In this document: positions 32,035-42,531 of the stretch, one piece after another
How positions within the stretch are numbered: position 1 is the first letter of the stretch
Layout of the letters: each line of letters opens with the position of its first letter
Origin: Actinomycetota bacterium
GTDB lineage: Bacteria; Actinomycetota; Actinomycetes; Actinomycetales; Microbacteriaceae
Length of the DNA stretch: 52,412 nt
Assembly (NCBI GenBank): GCA_041172305.1
Contig: JBEDKF010000064.1
Span: forward strand, 1 to 52,412
Direction: 5' to 3'
Notes under the pieces: model-generated
What the model saw: the letters and a program-made list of their open reading frames with translations, nothing else
Told to the model about the DNA's origin: nothing
Databases searched by the model: none
Translations under genes and position numbers: made by a program

Positions 32035-32877
32035 TTAGTGCTCGTCTGCTAGGGCCAACTGAATGTAGACCGTGGTCAGAAGAGTAAAAACGTATGCCTG
32101 TAGGAACGCGACCAGAATCTCAAAGAGAGTGAACGCGAAACCAAAGACGAATGTTCCGGCACCGAATGCCTTGAAGAAACCATCGGCGTTGAACAGGAAG
32201 AACTGGGTTGCCGAGAAGCAGAGCACGAGCAACAAGTGGCCCGCGATCATGTTCATGGTCAAACGAAGAGCCAAGGTGACCGGGCGAAGAATGAAGGTTG
32301 ACAGGAACTCGATTGGGGTTACCAAGACGTAGAACGCCTTAGGAACACCAGCCGGGAATAGCGAGTTCTTGAAGAAACTCACACCGTGCTTTTTGACACC
32401 TGCGTAAATGAAGGTCACATAGGCAGCCAGCGCCATGACGATTGGCAAACCGATAACCGAGGTTCCAGCAATGTTCAAACCAGGGATGATTCCGGTGATG
32501 TTCATGCCTAGAGTGACGAAGAAAATTGTGGTTAGCAATGGAAGGAAGCGGTCGCCATCCTTCTCGCCTAGCTGGTCGTGAGCAATGCTCTTGCGAACGA
32601 AGTTCAACGAAATCTCGCCCATTAGCTGGAACTTGCCCGGCACGAAGTTGTTGGTCTTGTTGGATTGCTTGAACTTTGCAGTCCAGAGAGAGAAGACCAC
32701 AATCAAAAGGGTCAAAACCAGAAGACGAATGAGCATGATGCGGTTCAACGCAAAGGGGGTGCCTTCGAAAGCGACGATCTCTGGATAGAACTCCATGATT
32801 GATGGCGCGTGGAAGCCGGTGCCCGACTCCTCGGTGCTCGCTGCTACAAATAGCAGGTTCAAAGCGTTAGTGAACAG
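32035..32877 (-). CDS. atpB: ATP synthase a subunit (start either CTG 32877 or TTG 32862)
   Basis: PIEFLS..ILRPVTLALRL..NMIAGH, FEILVAFLQAYVF; AGGAG SD sits 6 nt before the in-frame CTG. Confidence 0.95.
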   Translation of the reverse strand: MFTNALNLLFVAASTEESGTGFHAPSIMEFYPEIVAFEGTPFALNRIMLIRLLVLTLLIVVFSLWTAKFKQSNKTNNFVPGKFQLMGEISLNFVRKSIAHDQLGEKDGDRFLPLLTTIFFVTLGMNITGIIPGLNIAGTSVIGLPIVMALAAYVTFIYAGVKKHGVSFFKNSLFPAGVPKAFYVLVTPIEFLSTFILRPVTLALRLTMNMIAGHLLLVLCFSATQFFLFNADGFFKAFGAGTFVFGFAFTLFEILVAFLQAYVFTLLTTVYIQLALADEH

Positions 32878-32966
32878 CGTGAACTCCTGTTTCGGGGCAA
32901 GTTTCGAATGCCTTGCGGCGATTTACAGTGTGATGCCGTCGGGAAAACTCCCCGAACAACCACATC

Positions 32967-32975
32967 AGTCTAACA
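32967..32975 (-). promoter_or_regulatory. Extended -10 (TGTTAGACT) for the atp operon
   Basis: TGn-TAGACT about 90 nt upstream of atpB. Confidence 0.55.
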
Positions 32976-33038
32976 GGTAGAACCCTGTCAAAATAACGGA
33001 AAAACGCAGGTTTACAGATTAATTTTCGACCCGATTTC

Positions 33039-33449
33039 TCAGTTCGAGCCAACAGTGATTCGTGAACGTAAAACGATGAGCGAATCAATCACTAGCGTTC
33101 CGAGAATCGAAGCAACGAGAGTAAAGAATAGGACCGGTCCGGCGATGAATGTCGCACCTTTTAGCAGTGCGATAAGGAAGATAAAACCAAGCAATTTCAC
33201 GATCCATCCGCCCAGCACTACACCAAAGAAACCGCCAAGCGATAGCTTTCCGCCAAACTTGACCGATAGGGCCGTAAGACTGCTAAACAGGAGTGCCAGA
33301 GCAGCGCCAATCAACCCGCTGATGAGACCGTTGATGCCGGCAAACGCCAATCCAAGCCCTCCCCCGACAAGGGCGATTACTCCGACCAGGATTAGCCCCT
33401 GCTTTAAGACGTTTGCGAAGACTTCTGATGTTGAGGTTGCGCTAGGCAT
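33039..33449 (-). CDS. AtpI-like four-helix membrane protein
   Basis: Start moved to ATG 33449, overlapping the end of the MraY-family gene; hydrophobic with WIVKL motif; upstream of atpB. Confidence 0.8.
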   Translation of the reverse strand: MPSATSTSEVFANVLKQGLILVGVIALVGGGLGLAFAGINGLISGLIGAALALLFSSLTALSVKFGGKLSLGGFFGVVLGGWIVKLLGFIFLIALLKGATFIAGPVLFFTLVASILGTLVIDSLIVLRSRITVGSN

Positions 33450-34557
33450 TTGAACTCGATTCTTTAGCTGAACGGCGAGCCAGCAATGGCCAGATCGTGA
33501 ATACGCATGCACCGGCAAGGCCTAGCGCTGCGAAAATCCAGACCATCCATGCGGGAACGAAGAAGAAAAGCAGGCAGGTCAGCGAGATTAGCGCTGTCCA
33601 GACGTAGAAGACCAGTACCGAACCAAGGTGCGAGTGGCCGAAATCCTGCAGTCTGTGGTGCAGGTGCTGGCGATCTGCCGTGAACGGAGACTTGCCTGCA
33701 CGAAGGCGCCTCAAAACCGCGAGGGTGAAATCGAGCAGCGGCAAGATGAGGATTCCGAGCGGGAGAATCAGCGGGATGAAGGCCGGCAAGAAGTCATCCT
33801 TGGCGGCGACATGTGGATCAACTTGGCCGGTGACGGTCAAAGCAGACACTGCCATCAACATTCCGAGAAGCATCGCTCCAGAGTCGCCCATGAAGATTTT
33901 GGCTCGGTGCCAGTTATAAGGCAGGAATCCGAGGCACATTCCAATCACAATCGCCGAGATTACGGACGCGAGGTTGAAGTAGTTGGTCGGAGAGGTCTGT
34001 TGGGCAAGCAGGTAGCTGTAGGCGAAGAAAACCGAGGTGCCGATCAGGACTACACCGGCGACTAGCCCATCGAGGCCATCAATGAAGTTGACCGCGTTCA
34101 TCACCAAGACTGTCAAGAAAACCGTGGCCACGAACGACAACCCAAAGCTGCCGATGGTGATGCCGGCGATGGGCAGCGACACAATCTGAACACCCTGCCA
34201 GGCAAGGATGCCGGCAACGACGAACTGCCCGGCAAGCTTGAGGGTCCAGTCGAGGTCATACAGGTCGTCGAGGAAGCCGATGAGGGTTATTAGTGCGGCG
34301 GCTCCAACGATTGCCAGGACGCGACCGGGCTCGACAAACACACTGTGAAACCAGCCGAGACTCGCAGAAAAGGCGATTGCCGCGAGGAAACCGACGAACA
34401 TTGCAACGCCGCCAAGGCGAGGTGTCGGGCGAGTGTGCGAATCACGGGCTCGAATCTGCGGGTAGAGCTTGTACTTGTGGCTGATTTTCAGAGTTATGAA
34501 AGTGCCGAAAAAGGTCACAGCTGCCGCAAACAGCATGGTGAGCAAATAGGCGCGCAC
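33442..34557 (-). CDS. wecA: MraY-family undecaprenyl/decaprenyl-phosphate GlcNAc-1-phosphate transferase
   Basis: PTPRLGG, GFLDD, NAVNFIDGLDGL, FMGDSGA, ADRQHLHHRL. Confidence 0.9.
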   Translation of the reverse strand: MRAYLLTMLFAAAVTFFGTFITLKISHKYKLYPQIRARDSHTRPTPRLGGVAMFVGFLAAIAFSASLGWFHSVFVEPGRVLAIVGAAALITLIGFLDDLYDLDWTLKLAGQFVVAGILAWQGVQIVSLPIAGITIGSFGLSFVATVFLTVLVMNAVNFIDGLDGLVAGVVLIGTSVFFAYSYLLAQQTSPTNYFNLASVISAIVIGMCLGFLPYNWHRAKIFMGDSGAMLLGMLMAVSALTVTGQVDPHVAAKDDFLPAFIPLILPLGILILPLLDFTLAVLRRLRAGKSPFTADRQHLHHRLQDFGHSHLGSVLVFYVWTALISLTCLLFFFVPAWMVWIFAALGLAGACVFTIWPLLARRSAKESSSNA

Positions 34558-35252
34558 TAACCGGCCGCCTCTTCAAGAAGGTCTCCGGCGATGGTTCGAA
34601 TCTTTTCGGCACTGAGCGCTCCGGCGCGCACAAGGCGAATCTTGCCGGTGGTTTCCAGCTTGCCGTCCACGTATGTGTCGACAACCGAAGTCAGATCCAA
34701 GATCGTCGAAGCCTCGCCCTTTGGGCTGTTCCCGCCATCAAGATAAACCTGGACGCTCTCGCCAAGGTAGGCCTCGGCCTGCTGGCATGTGGTAGCGGCC
34801 GGCTCACCGGTTAGGTTTGCGCTCGAGACCGCCATTGGTCCGACTTCTTCAAGCAGCGCCAGCGCGATTTTGTGATCAGGCATGCGCAGAGCGACAGTGC
34901 CTTTGGTCTCGCCTAAATCCCAGGTTAGGGATGACTGTGCGCGAAGGATGAGGGTCAAGGCACCGGGCCAAAAGGTGTCGGCAAGGCGAGTCGCCACATC
35001 CGGGATGTTCTCAGCCAGCGCGTTCAGTGTGGCGAGGTTTGGAATCAAGACCGGTGGCGGGGATTGGGGGCCGCGACCTTTGGCAGCTAGCAGGGAGGCA
35101 ACGCCCTTGGCCGAGAAAGCATCGCAGCCGATTCCATAGACGGTGTCGGTTGGCAGCACAACAAGCTCGTTTCGGCCAAGCGAAACCTTGGCAAGGCGCA
35201 TTCCGGTCAAAAGGTCAGTGTCGAGAGAGCAGTCATAAATGCGAGCGGTCAC
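34557..35252 (-). CDS. tsaC: L-threonylcarbamoyladenylate synthase (Sua5/TsaC)
   Basis: PTDTVYGIG, KGR, FWPGALT, SSAN. Confidence 0.95.
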   Translation of the reverse strand: MTARIYDCSLDTDLLTGMRLAKVSLGRNELVVLPTDTVYGIGCDAFSAKGVASLLAAKGRGPQSPPPVLIPNLATLNALAENIPDVATRLADTFWPGALTLILRAQSSLTWDLGETKGTVALRMPDHKIALALLEEVGPMAVSSANLTGEPAATTCQQAEAYLGESVQVYLDGGNSPKGEASTILDLTSVVDTYVDGKLETTGKIRLVRAGALSAEKIRTIAGDLLEEAAG

Positions 35253-35298
35253 GATGCCTCCTATGTGTTTTCTGCGGGCGCTGCCTTGGAACTCTAGA

Positions 35299-36165
35299 TT
35301 ACTTAATGGCGGTCACCACACGGTCGCGATCGGTCAGATCTCGATGTGCTTTGACCTCGCGCCATCCATCTGCCAATAGTAGTTGACAGACCTGCGCTGA
35401 CTGAGAGTCGGCATGCTCAATAATGAGCACCCCGCCATCAACCAGCAGACGCTTTGCGGTTGCCGAGACCCGGTGAATCACCGACATGCCATCCTCGCCG
35501 CCGTAAAGAGCTAGATCAGGGTCATGCAGACGCACTTCTTCATCACGCGGAATCATTGCCAGCGGGATGTAGGGCGGGTTTGAGGCTACGACGTGCACGG
35601 TGCCGTTCAGAGATTGAAATGCATCCGCTAAGTCGCCTTGGATGAGAGTTGCGTCGCCCTGCTCGGCATATTTCTCAAAGTTTGCCCTGGTAAAAGGGAA
35701 TGCCTCTGTGGATTTTTCGACGGCGAATACTTTGGCGGCTGGAATCTCGGTAGCCATGGCCAATGCGATTGCACCCGAACCGGTGCCTAGGTCAACCGCG
35801 ACAGGGTTTTGGACTCCTGAACGGGTCGCTGCGGCCACCGCATCTATCGCTAGTTGGGCAACAAATTCGGTCTCTGGGCGAGGGATGAAAACGCCCCTAC
35901 CCACGCCAAGTTCGAGCTGTCTAAAGTAGGCGATACCGGTGATGTGCTGTAGTGGTTCACGCGAGAATCTGCGACCGTACAGGTTTGAGAGCGCCTCGGC
36001 TTGCACCTCGGTGAGCTCAGCTCCCAACAGGATCTGTGCCTGCACTCCCCCGCGACTTAGCCCAAGGATGTGACCGGCGAGAAGCTCGGCGTCGGCGAGT
36101 GCCGAATCGATTCCCGCCGATTCAAAGCGCTCCGCCGCATGTCGAACCAGGTCGCCAAGTAACAA
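35299..36165 (-). CDS. prmC: Release factor glutamine methyltransferase
   Basis: REPLQHITG, FIPRPETE, DLGTGSGAI, SNPPYI. Confidence 0.97.
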   Translation of the reverse strand: MLLGDLVRHAAERFESAGIDSALADAELLAGHILGLSRGGVQAQILLGAELTEVQAEALSNLYGRRFSREPLQHITGIAYFRQLELGVGRGVFIPRPETEFVAQLAIDAVAAATRSGVQNPVAVDLGTGSGAIALAMATEIPAAKVFAVEKSTEAFPFTRANFEKYAEQGDATLIQGDLADAFQSLNGTVHVVASNPPYIPLAMIPRDEEVRLHDPDLALYGGEDGMSVIHRVSATAKRLLVDGGVLIIEHADSQSAQVCQLLLADGWREVKAHRDLTDRDRVVTAIK

Positions 36166-36174
36166 GATTGCTCG

Positions 36175-37254
36175 CTACTTAGCTTCACCGATTGCGGCTA
36201 GGCGTGCTTCTTCGTCCATCTGAATTGCCGACTGGATAACCGGCTCTAGAGCGCCATCCATGACCGCATCTAGGTTGTATGCCTTGTAACCGGTGCGGTG
36301 GTCGGCGATACGGTTTTCAGGGAAGTTATAGGTGCGAATGCGCTCTGATCGGTCAACCGACTTCACCTGCGACTTGCGGGCGGCCGACTGCTCGGCCTCT
36401 AGTGCCTCCTGCTGCGCAGCAAGGATGCGGGCACGAAGCACACGCATACCAGCTTCACGGTTCTGGAGCTGAGATTTTTCGTTCTGCATCGCCACGGTGA
36501 TGCCGGTAGGCAAGTGGGTAATGCGCACGGCAGAGTCGGTGGTGTTAACCGACTGGCCACCAGGGCCAGATGAACGGTAGACATCGATGCGCAGATCGTT
36601 CTGGGAGATCTCGACTTCTTCAGGCTCATCAACTTCAGGGAAGACTAGAACGCCAGCCGCCGAAGTGTGAATACGACCCTGAGTTTCGGTAGCCGGAACT
36701 CGCTGAACGCGGTGCACTCCACCCTCGTACTTTAGGTGCGCGTGCACACCCTGAGCCGGGTCGGTGGTGTTCGACTTAATAGCCAACTGGATGTCCTTGA
36801 TGCCACCGAGGTCAGACTCGTTCTTATCTAGGATTTCGGTCTTCCAACCCTTCGAGTTGGCATACTGCAGGTACATGCGAAGCAAGTCGGCAGCGAATAG
36901 TGCAGATTCTGCACCACCTTCACCTGCCTTGATTTCCATGATCACGTCGCGGCCATCATCTGGGTCACGAGGAATCAATAGACGACGCAACTTTTCGTTG
37001 GCCTCGTGAAGCTTCTGCTCGGTAGCTGGAACTTCTTCGGCGAACGCCTCGTCTTCCTTAGCAAGCTCCTTGGCCGCGGCTAGGTCATCCGTGAGTAGGT
37101 TGACCTGGTTGTAGGCATTGATGATTGCACTCAGCTCGGCATAGCGGCGGTTAAGCTTCTTTGCCAGGGCTGGGTTGCCGTGCAGCGCCGGATCAGACAG
37201 CTGGGTCTGAAGTGCTGTGTGCTCGGCAATTAGAGGTTGAACGGAAGAAAGCAA
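36175..37254 (-). CDS. prfA: Peptide chain release factor 1
   Basis: [12 protein letters not shown] (PAT), [18 protein letters not shown]. Confidence 0.98.
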   Translation of the reverse strand: MLSSVQPLIAEHTALQTQLSDPALHGNPALAKKLNRRYAELSAIINAYNQVNLLTDDLAAAKELAKEDEAFAEEVPATEQKLHEANEKLRRLLIPRDPDDGRDVIMEIKAGEGGAESALFAADLLRMYLQYANSKGWKTEILDKNESDLGGIKDIQLAIKSNTTDPAQGVHAHLKYEGGVHRVQRVPATETQGRIHTSAAGVLVFPEVDEPEEVEISQNDLRIDVYRSSGPGGQSVNTTDSAVRITHLPTGITVAMQNEKSQLQNREAGMRVLRARILAAQQEALEAEQSAARKSQVKSVDRSERIRTYNFPENRIADHRTGYKAYNLDAVMDGALEPVIQSAIQMDEEARLAAIGEAK

Positions 37255-37257
37255 TTA

Positions 37258-39054
37258 TTACTCCGAGTCAGAACCGGTTGGAACTGGCATTGACTTCTGA
37301 ACCTGCATTAGGAACTCAACGTTGCTTGAAGTCTCCTTCAGGCGGCTAAGAACAAGTTCGAGTGCCTGCTGCTGCTCTAGGCCAGCTAATGCGCGGCGAA
37401 GCTTCCAAACAATCTTGGTCTCATCCGGGCTCATCAACATTTCTTCGCGACGGGTGCCCGAAGCGTTGACGTCAACAGCTGGGAAGATGCGCTTGTCGGC
37501 AAGTGCGCGTGACAGGCGAAGCTCCATGTTGCCGGTTCCCTTGAACTCTTCGAAGATAACCTCATCCATCTTTGAACCGGTCTCAACAAGAGCAGTTGCC
37601 AGGATGGTCAGCGAGCCGCCATCCTCGATGTTGCGGGCAGCACCGAAGAAGCGCTTTGGTGGGTAAAGCGCTGACGAATCAACACCACCCGAAAGGATTC
37701 GGCCTGAGGCAGGAGCGCTCAGGTTGTAAGCGCGGCCAAGACGGGTGATCGAGTCGAGAAGAACCACGACGTCGTGACCTAGTTCAACGAGGCGCTTTGC
37801 ACGCTCGATGGCAAGTTCGGCAACGGTGGTGTGGTCTTCGGCAGGACGGTCGAAGGTTGAAGCAATAACTTCGCCCTTAACCGTGCGCTGCATGTCGGTA
37901 ACTTCTTCTGGGCGCTCGTCAACGAGAACAACCATGAGGTGAACCTCTGGGTTGTTGACTGCGATTGAGTTGGCGATTGCCTGAAGGACCAGAGTCTTAC
38001 CGGCCTTTGGAGGAGAAACAATCAGACCACGCTGACCCTTACCGATTGGTGAAACCAAGTCGATGATTCGGGTGCTTAGCTTATTTGCTTCGGTCTCTAG
38101 ACGCAGACGAGTCTGAGGGTAAAGAGGAGTCAACTTCTGGAACTCGACGCGGTTTGCCGCCTGCTCCTGGGTAAGACCGTTGATTGAGTCAATGCGAACA
38201 ATCGCGTTGAACTTCTGGCGGCCCGAGTTGTCGTTTTCGCGAGGCTGGCGGATTGCACCGACCACCGCGTCACCCTTGCGAAGTGAGTACTTCTTAACCT
38301 GACCGAGTGAAACGTAAACGTCGTTTGGACCAGGAAGGTAACCGCTGGTGCGGACGAAAGCGTAGTTGTCGAGGACGTCCAGGATGCCGGCTACAGGAAC
38401 TAGCACGTCATCTGGAGAGATCTCTGGCTCTGCCTCGTCGTAAGGGTTGTTGTTGCCACGGCCACCACGACCATTGCGGTCGTTGCGGTCACGGTAACGG
38501 TCATTGCGGTCGTTGCGGTTGCGGCTACGACCGTTGCGGCCGTTGCGGCGCTCGTCGTTGAAGTCGCGCTCGTTGCGTGAGTCGTTGTCGCGGGTTGAGT
38601 TGTCGCGGTTCTGGTTGTCGCGTGGTTCACGAGGCTCGCGAGCTTCGCCGCCTTCACCGTTTGATTCGTTGCCGCCCTCTGAGCGCTCGCCGCCGTTGCG
38701 GTTGCGTCCGTTGCGGTTGCGGTTGCGGTTGCGTGAGTTGCCCGAACGCTCCTGGCGCTCACCACCCTCGCCGTTACCCTCTGAACCTGAGTTTGAGCCT
38801 TCGCTTGAAGAGCTCTCTGCCTTGGCTTCGGTCTTCTCGACCTTTGGCTCGCGGGTTGCTGGCTTCTCAGAAGCAGCCGCGTCAGTAGCAGGCTTAGCTG
38901 CGCGTGATCGAGTGTTCTTCTTCGGAGCCTCTGCTGATGCAGATTCGCTGGCCGCAGGAGCTGCTGCTGATGTTGCCTCAGGTGCTACCGCACCGGCTTC
39001 AACGCGGCGTCCGCGACGAGCTGCAGGCTTCTTGGTTTCTTGGATTTCATCCAT
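37258..39054 (-). CDS. rho: Transcription termination factor Rho with long polar N-terminal region
   Basis: GKGQRGLIVSPPKAGKT, DERPEEVTDM, DSITRL, EEFKGTGNME. Confidence 0.98.
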   Translation of the reverse strand: MDEIQETKKPAARRGRRVEAGAVAPEATSAAAPAASESASAEAPKKNTRSRAAKPATDAAASEKPATREPKVEKTEAKAESSSSEGSNSGSEGNGEGGERQERSGNSRNRNRNRNGRNRNGGERSEGGNESNGEGGEAREPREPRDNQNRDNSTRDNDSRNERDFNDERRNGRNGRSRNRNDRNDRYRDRNDRNGRGGRGNNNPYDEAEPEISPDDVLVPVAGILDVLDNYAFVRTSGYLPGPNDVYVSLGQVKKYSLRKGDAVVGAIRQPRENDNSGRQKFNAIVRIDSINGLTQEQAANRVEFQKLTPLYPQTRLRLETEANKLSTRIIDLVSPIGKGQRGLIVSPPKAGKTLVLQAIANSIAVNNPEVHLMVVLVDERPEEVTDMQRTVKGEVIASTFDRPAEDHTTVAELAIERAKRLVELGHDVVVLLDSITRLGRAYNLSAPASGRILSGGVDSSALYPPKRFFGAARNIEDGGSLTILATALVETGSKMDEVIFEEFKGTGNMELRLSRALADKRIFPAVDVNASGTRREEMLMSPDETKIVWKLRRALAGLEQQQALELVLSRLKETSSNVEFLMQVQKSMPVPTGSDSE

Positions 39055-39081
39055 GTGGTTTGTGCTCTTTCTTGAGTATTT

Positions 39082-39203
39082 CAGCGACTCAATGTTTTTG
39101 AGATTTTCGCTGGCTGCACTGGCCTTTAGAACCGGGCCGTGCTCCTTCGCATTAGATTCGCGAGGATTTGCGCGTCTTTTAGCTTCCTGCTAGAGACTTG
39201 CGC
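39082..39203 (-). promoter_or_regulatory. Structured rho 5' leader (four tandem hairpins)
   Basis: Stem-loops at 39082-39112, 39116-39142, 39143-39166 and 39170-39203; TGCTACAGT extended -10 at 39224-39232. Confidence 0.55.
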
Positions 39204-39207
39204 TTAC

Positions 39208-40128
39208 TTATTGTTGCGTTACTACTGTAGCACCCTTGAAGTCGACTGCCAGCAAAAGCGCTTTCCACTGTGGATAGTGTTTTGCCGCCAGTGCTGCTGC
39301 TTCAAGTCTTTGTGCCGGGCCCGTCGCCAAGACCAACACGGATGGGCCAGCGCCCGAAACCACTGCGGCATGACCGTTCTCGCGCATGAGTTGGACAAGC
39401 GAGTGGGTCTCAGGCATAGCCGCGGCACGGTAATCCTGGTGCAGTTTGTCTTCGGTCGCTGCCATTAGAAACTCTGGGCTCTGGGTCAACGAGGCGATCA
39501 GCAGGGCTGAGCGAGACACGTTGAACACGGCATCGTTGTGAGGAACCGATTCTGGCTGCAAAGAACGAGCCAGAGCGGTGGACATCTTGAAGTTTGGGAC
39601 CAGCTCAAGGAACGAGACTCCGCGGTGCACGAAAAGCTTCTTGTGGTGCGGGCCCTGTTCGTCTTCCCAGGCGACGGTGAGCCCACCGAAAAGCGCCGGA
39701 GCAACGTTATCCGGGTGCCCCTCCAGTTCGGTAGCCAGATCGAGCAGGTCTTTGTCAGTTATTTCGACGATGCCCTGAAGCAGTCCCTTCGCCGCAACGA
39801 TGCCCGAAACCACGGCTGCGCCGGATGAACCCATGCCGCGACCGTGAGGGATGATGTTGTGCGCCTTCAAACGCAGCCCAGGTAGTGTCTGGCCAAACTT
39901 GTTGAAGGTAAACGCAATTGATTGCACGACCAAGTTTGAGGAGTCGGTCGGAACCTCTCCCTCGCCCTCGCCATGAACCTCAACGAATGCGCCTTCACCG
40001 GCGACAACTTCGACCTCGAGCTCGTCGTAGAACGAAAGCGCGAGACCTAGGGTGTCAAAGCCAGGGCCAAGGTTAGCCGAAGTGGCTGGAACCTTGACGG
40101 TGACTTTTCTGCCGATGAGTGAGGTCAT
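39208..40128 (-). CDS. thrB: Homoserine kinase
   Basis: VPATSANLGPGFD, PHGRGMGSSG, EGHPDN, SGAGP. Confidence 0.97.
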   Translation of the reverse strand: MTSLIGRKVTVKVPATSANLGPGFDTLGLALSFYDELEVEVVAGEGAFVEVHGEGEGEVPTDSSNLVVQSIAFTFNKFGQTLPGLRLKAHNIIPHGRGMGSSGAAVVSGIVAAKGLLQGIVEITDKDLLDLATELEGHPDNVAPALFGGLTVAWEDEQGPHHKKLFVHRGVSFLELVPNFKMSTALARSLQPESVPHNDAVFNVSRSALLIASLTQSPEFLMAATEDKLHQDYRAAAMPETHSLVQLMRENGHAAVVSGAGPSVLVLATGPAQRLEAAALAAKHYPQWKALLLAVDFKGATVVTQQ

Positions 40129-40130
40129 GA

Positions 40131-41210
40131 TTACTTCTTTGAAAGCCCTAGGCGTTCGGCAACGGCCTCGACCTTGTTAGCGACGGCCTGTGGCTTGATG
40201 TTCTTTCCGCTCTCGGTCTTTAGAGCCCACATCGGGTCCTTCAGGCCGTGACCGGTGACGGTGACAACAATGGTCGAACCGGCTGGAACTTCGCCACGCT
40301 TAGAGTGCTTGAACAGACCAGCGGCACCGGTAGCAGATGAAGGCTCGACGAAGACGCCAACCTCCTGTGACAGGAAGCGGTGCATCCAAAGAATCTCTGC
40401 GTCTGAGGCATAGCCGAACTGACCGTTTGATTCTTCGCGTGCAGCTAGAGCGAGGTCATAGGATGCAGGGTTACCGATTCGAATTGCGGTGGCAATGGTG
40501 TCTGGCTTCTTGACCGGGTTGCCGAAGCTGAACGGCGCTGAGCCTTCTGCCTGGAAGCCCCACATCTTTGGCAAAGCCTTGATTCGACCTTCGATGAGAT
40601 CTTCCTTGTAGCCCTTTGAATAAGCGGTGTAGTTACCTGCGTTGCCGACCGGCAATACGTGGAAGTCAGGAGCAAATCCGAGAGCGTCAACAACTTCAAA
40701 GGCACCGGTCTTCTGGCCTTCGATGCGGTCTGGGTTGACCGAGTTAACCAGGTGCACTGGGTAGTTTGCAGCCAAGTCACGAGCAAGGTCTAGACAGTCG
40801 TCGAAGTTTCCCTTGACCTGAAGGATCTGAGCCTTGTGGGCAACTGCCTGGCTGAGCTTGCCTAGGGAAATCTTACCCTTTGGCACCAAAACGACCGACT
40901 GAATTCCAGCTGCGGCGGCATAGGCAGCGGCAGATGCAGAGGTGTTTCCGGTTGAGGCAGCAATGACAGCCTGCGCACCGTGGCCGACAGCCTTTGAAAC
41001 GGCCATGGTCATACCGCGGTCCTTGAACGAACCGGTTGGGTTCATGCCCTCGACCTTTAGAAGAACGCGCTCAGCGCCAACCAACTTGGCAAGCGCAGGA
41101 GCCTCTACTAGAGGAGTGCCGCCTTCGCCAAGCGTGATGACAGGGTTGTCGCTAGAGATGTCGAGTCGATCGATGTATTCACGGATAACTCCGCGCCACT
41201 GGTGAGCCAT
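40131..41210 (-). CDS. thrC: Threonine synthase
   Basis: [33 protein letters not shown]. Confidence 0.97.
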   Translation of the reverse strand: MAHQWRGVIREYIDRLDISSDNPVITLGEGGTPLVEAPALAKLVGAERVLLKVEGMNPTGSFKDRGMTMAVSKAVGHGAQAVIAASTGNTSASAAAYAAAAGIQSVVLVPKGKISLGKLSQAVAHKAQILQVKGNFDDCLDLARDLAANYPVHLVNSVNPDRIEGQKTGAFEVVDALGFAPDFHVLPVGNAGNYTAYSKGYKEDLIEGRIKALPKMWGFQAEGSAPFSFGNPVKKPDTIATAIRIGNPASYDLALAAREESNGQFGYASDAEILWMHRFLSQEVGVFVEPSSATGAAGLFKHSKRGEVPAGSTIVVTVTGHGLKDPMWALKTESGKNIKPQAVANKVEAVAERLGLSKK

Positions 41211-42529
41211 TAGATTCCTTCTACTCGGATTACTGAAGTAATAGATTCAACCGCGGCGTTGGCGGCTAGAGCTGCGACCACTGAAGACAACGAAGCGTCA
41301 GTTGCTACGTGGGTTCCTACTTCGAGGGTAGCGGTTGTGCGGCGCTTACCGCCGTTTTGGCGCACCGACTGCTCAACAGTTTCAATCGAGACCCCGTGGT
41401 CGGCGAAGACGTTTGCGATCTTGGCAAGGATGCCAGGCTGGTCGGTCACTTCGAGGCTGATTTGGTAGCGAGTGTACGCGCGATCAATCGGCAAAATCTC
41501 TAGGTTCGCGTGCACAGAGTCGGCAAGACCTGGTCCGCCGGCAACGTGACGCTTTGCCGCTGAAACTAGGTCACCGAGCACCGCCGACGCGGTCTGAACT
41601 CCACCAGCTCCTGCTCCGTAGAACATCAGTGAGCCAGCGGCTTCTGCCTCGACGAACACTGCGTTGAACGCTCCGTGAACCGCACCCAGCGGGTGTTCGC
41701 GTTCGATTAGAGCCGGGTGAACTCGAACCGAGACGCCGGCCGCACCATTCTCATCCGCGTCGATTCGTTCGGCGATAGCCAACAGTTTGATTACATAACC
41801 ATCACGTTTGGCCGCAAGCATCTGCTCGGCAGAAACCTTGGTGATGCCCTCGCGGTAAACCTGCTCTAGCGGCACCTCGGTGTGGAAAGCGAGGTTCGCC
41901 AAAATCGCGGCCTTTTGCGCAGCGTCGAACGCTTCGATATCTGCGGTTGGGTCTGCCTCGGCATAGCCCAGCTCGGTGGCTTCGGCGAGCGCGTCCGCAA
42001 AGTCAGCGCCAGTGGTGTCCATGCGATCGAGGATGAAGTTGGTGGTGCCGTTCACGATTCCCATGATGCGGTTGACCTTGTCACCGGCAAGCGATTCGCG
42101 AAGCGGGCGAATGATAGGAATCGCACCGGCAACTGCAGCCTCGAAGTAAAGCTGAGCTCCCACCTGCTCGGCTGTGTCGAAAAGCTCGGTTCCGTGAGTG
42201 GCGAGCAGCGCCTTATTTGCGGTGATTACGTCTGAACCCGAGTTCAGCGCCTGAAGAATGTAGGTTCTTGCCGGTTCGATGCCGCCCATCACTTCGATGA
42301 CGATGTCGGCACCAAGGATGAGGCTCTCGGCATCGGTTGTAAGCAGTTCGGCCGGCACTCCCTCAGCTCGCTTTGAGTTGATGTCGCGGACAGCGATGCC
42401 GACTAGGTCGAGCTCGGCGCCCACGCGAGCGGCGAGTTCGGGCTTGTTCTCGGTGAGCAGGCGCGCCACCTGGGCACCGACTGAGCCAGCACCCAAAAGG
42501 GCAATTCTTAGAGGACGGTATTCGGTCAC
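41210..42529 (-). CDS. hom: Homoserine dehydrogenase (with ACT domain)
   Basis: [36 protein letters not shown]; C-terminal DQPGILA ACT domain. Confidence 0.97.
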   Translation of the reverse strand: MTEYRPLRIALLGAGSVGAQVARLLTENKPELAARVGAELDLVGIAVRDINSKRAEGVPAELLTTDAESLILGADIVIEVMGGIEPARTYILQALNSGSDVITANKALLATHGTELFDTAEQVGAQLYFEAAVAGAIPIIRPLRESLAGDKVNRIMGIVNGTTNFILDRMDTTGADFADALAEATELGYAEADPTADIEAFDAAQKAAILANLAFHTEVPLEQVYREGITKVSAEQMLAAKRDGYVIKLLAIAERIDADENGAAGVSVRVHPALIEREHPLGAVHGAFNAVFVEAEAAGSLMFYGAGAGGVQTASAVLGDLVSAAKRHVAGGPGLADSVHANLEILPIDRAYTRYQISLEVTDQPGILAKIANVFADHGVSIETVEQSVRQNGGKRRTTATLEVGTHVATDASLSSVVAALAANAAVESITSVIRVEGI

Positions 42530-42531
42530 GG

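Noticed and set aside
32867-33088. 73-aa ORF between the atpI-like gene and atpB
   Set aside because: Overlaps the upstream gene, spans the promoter and UTR, and is not hydrophobic or motif-bearing
38470-38735. ttgcgg/gttgcg tandem repeats as a CRISPR or VNTR element
   Set aside because: They encode the Arg-Asn repeats of Rho; no repeat-spacer structure or cas genes
38504-39193. 229-aa antisense ORF over the rho 5' region
   Set aside because: Antisense shadow of low-complexity sequence
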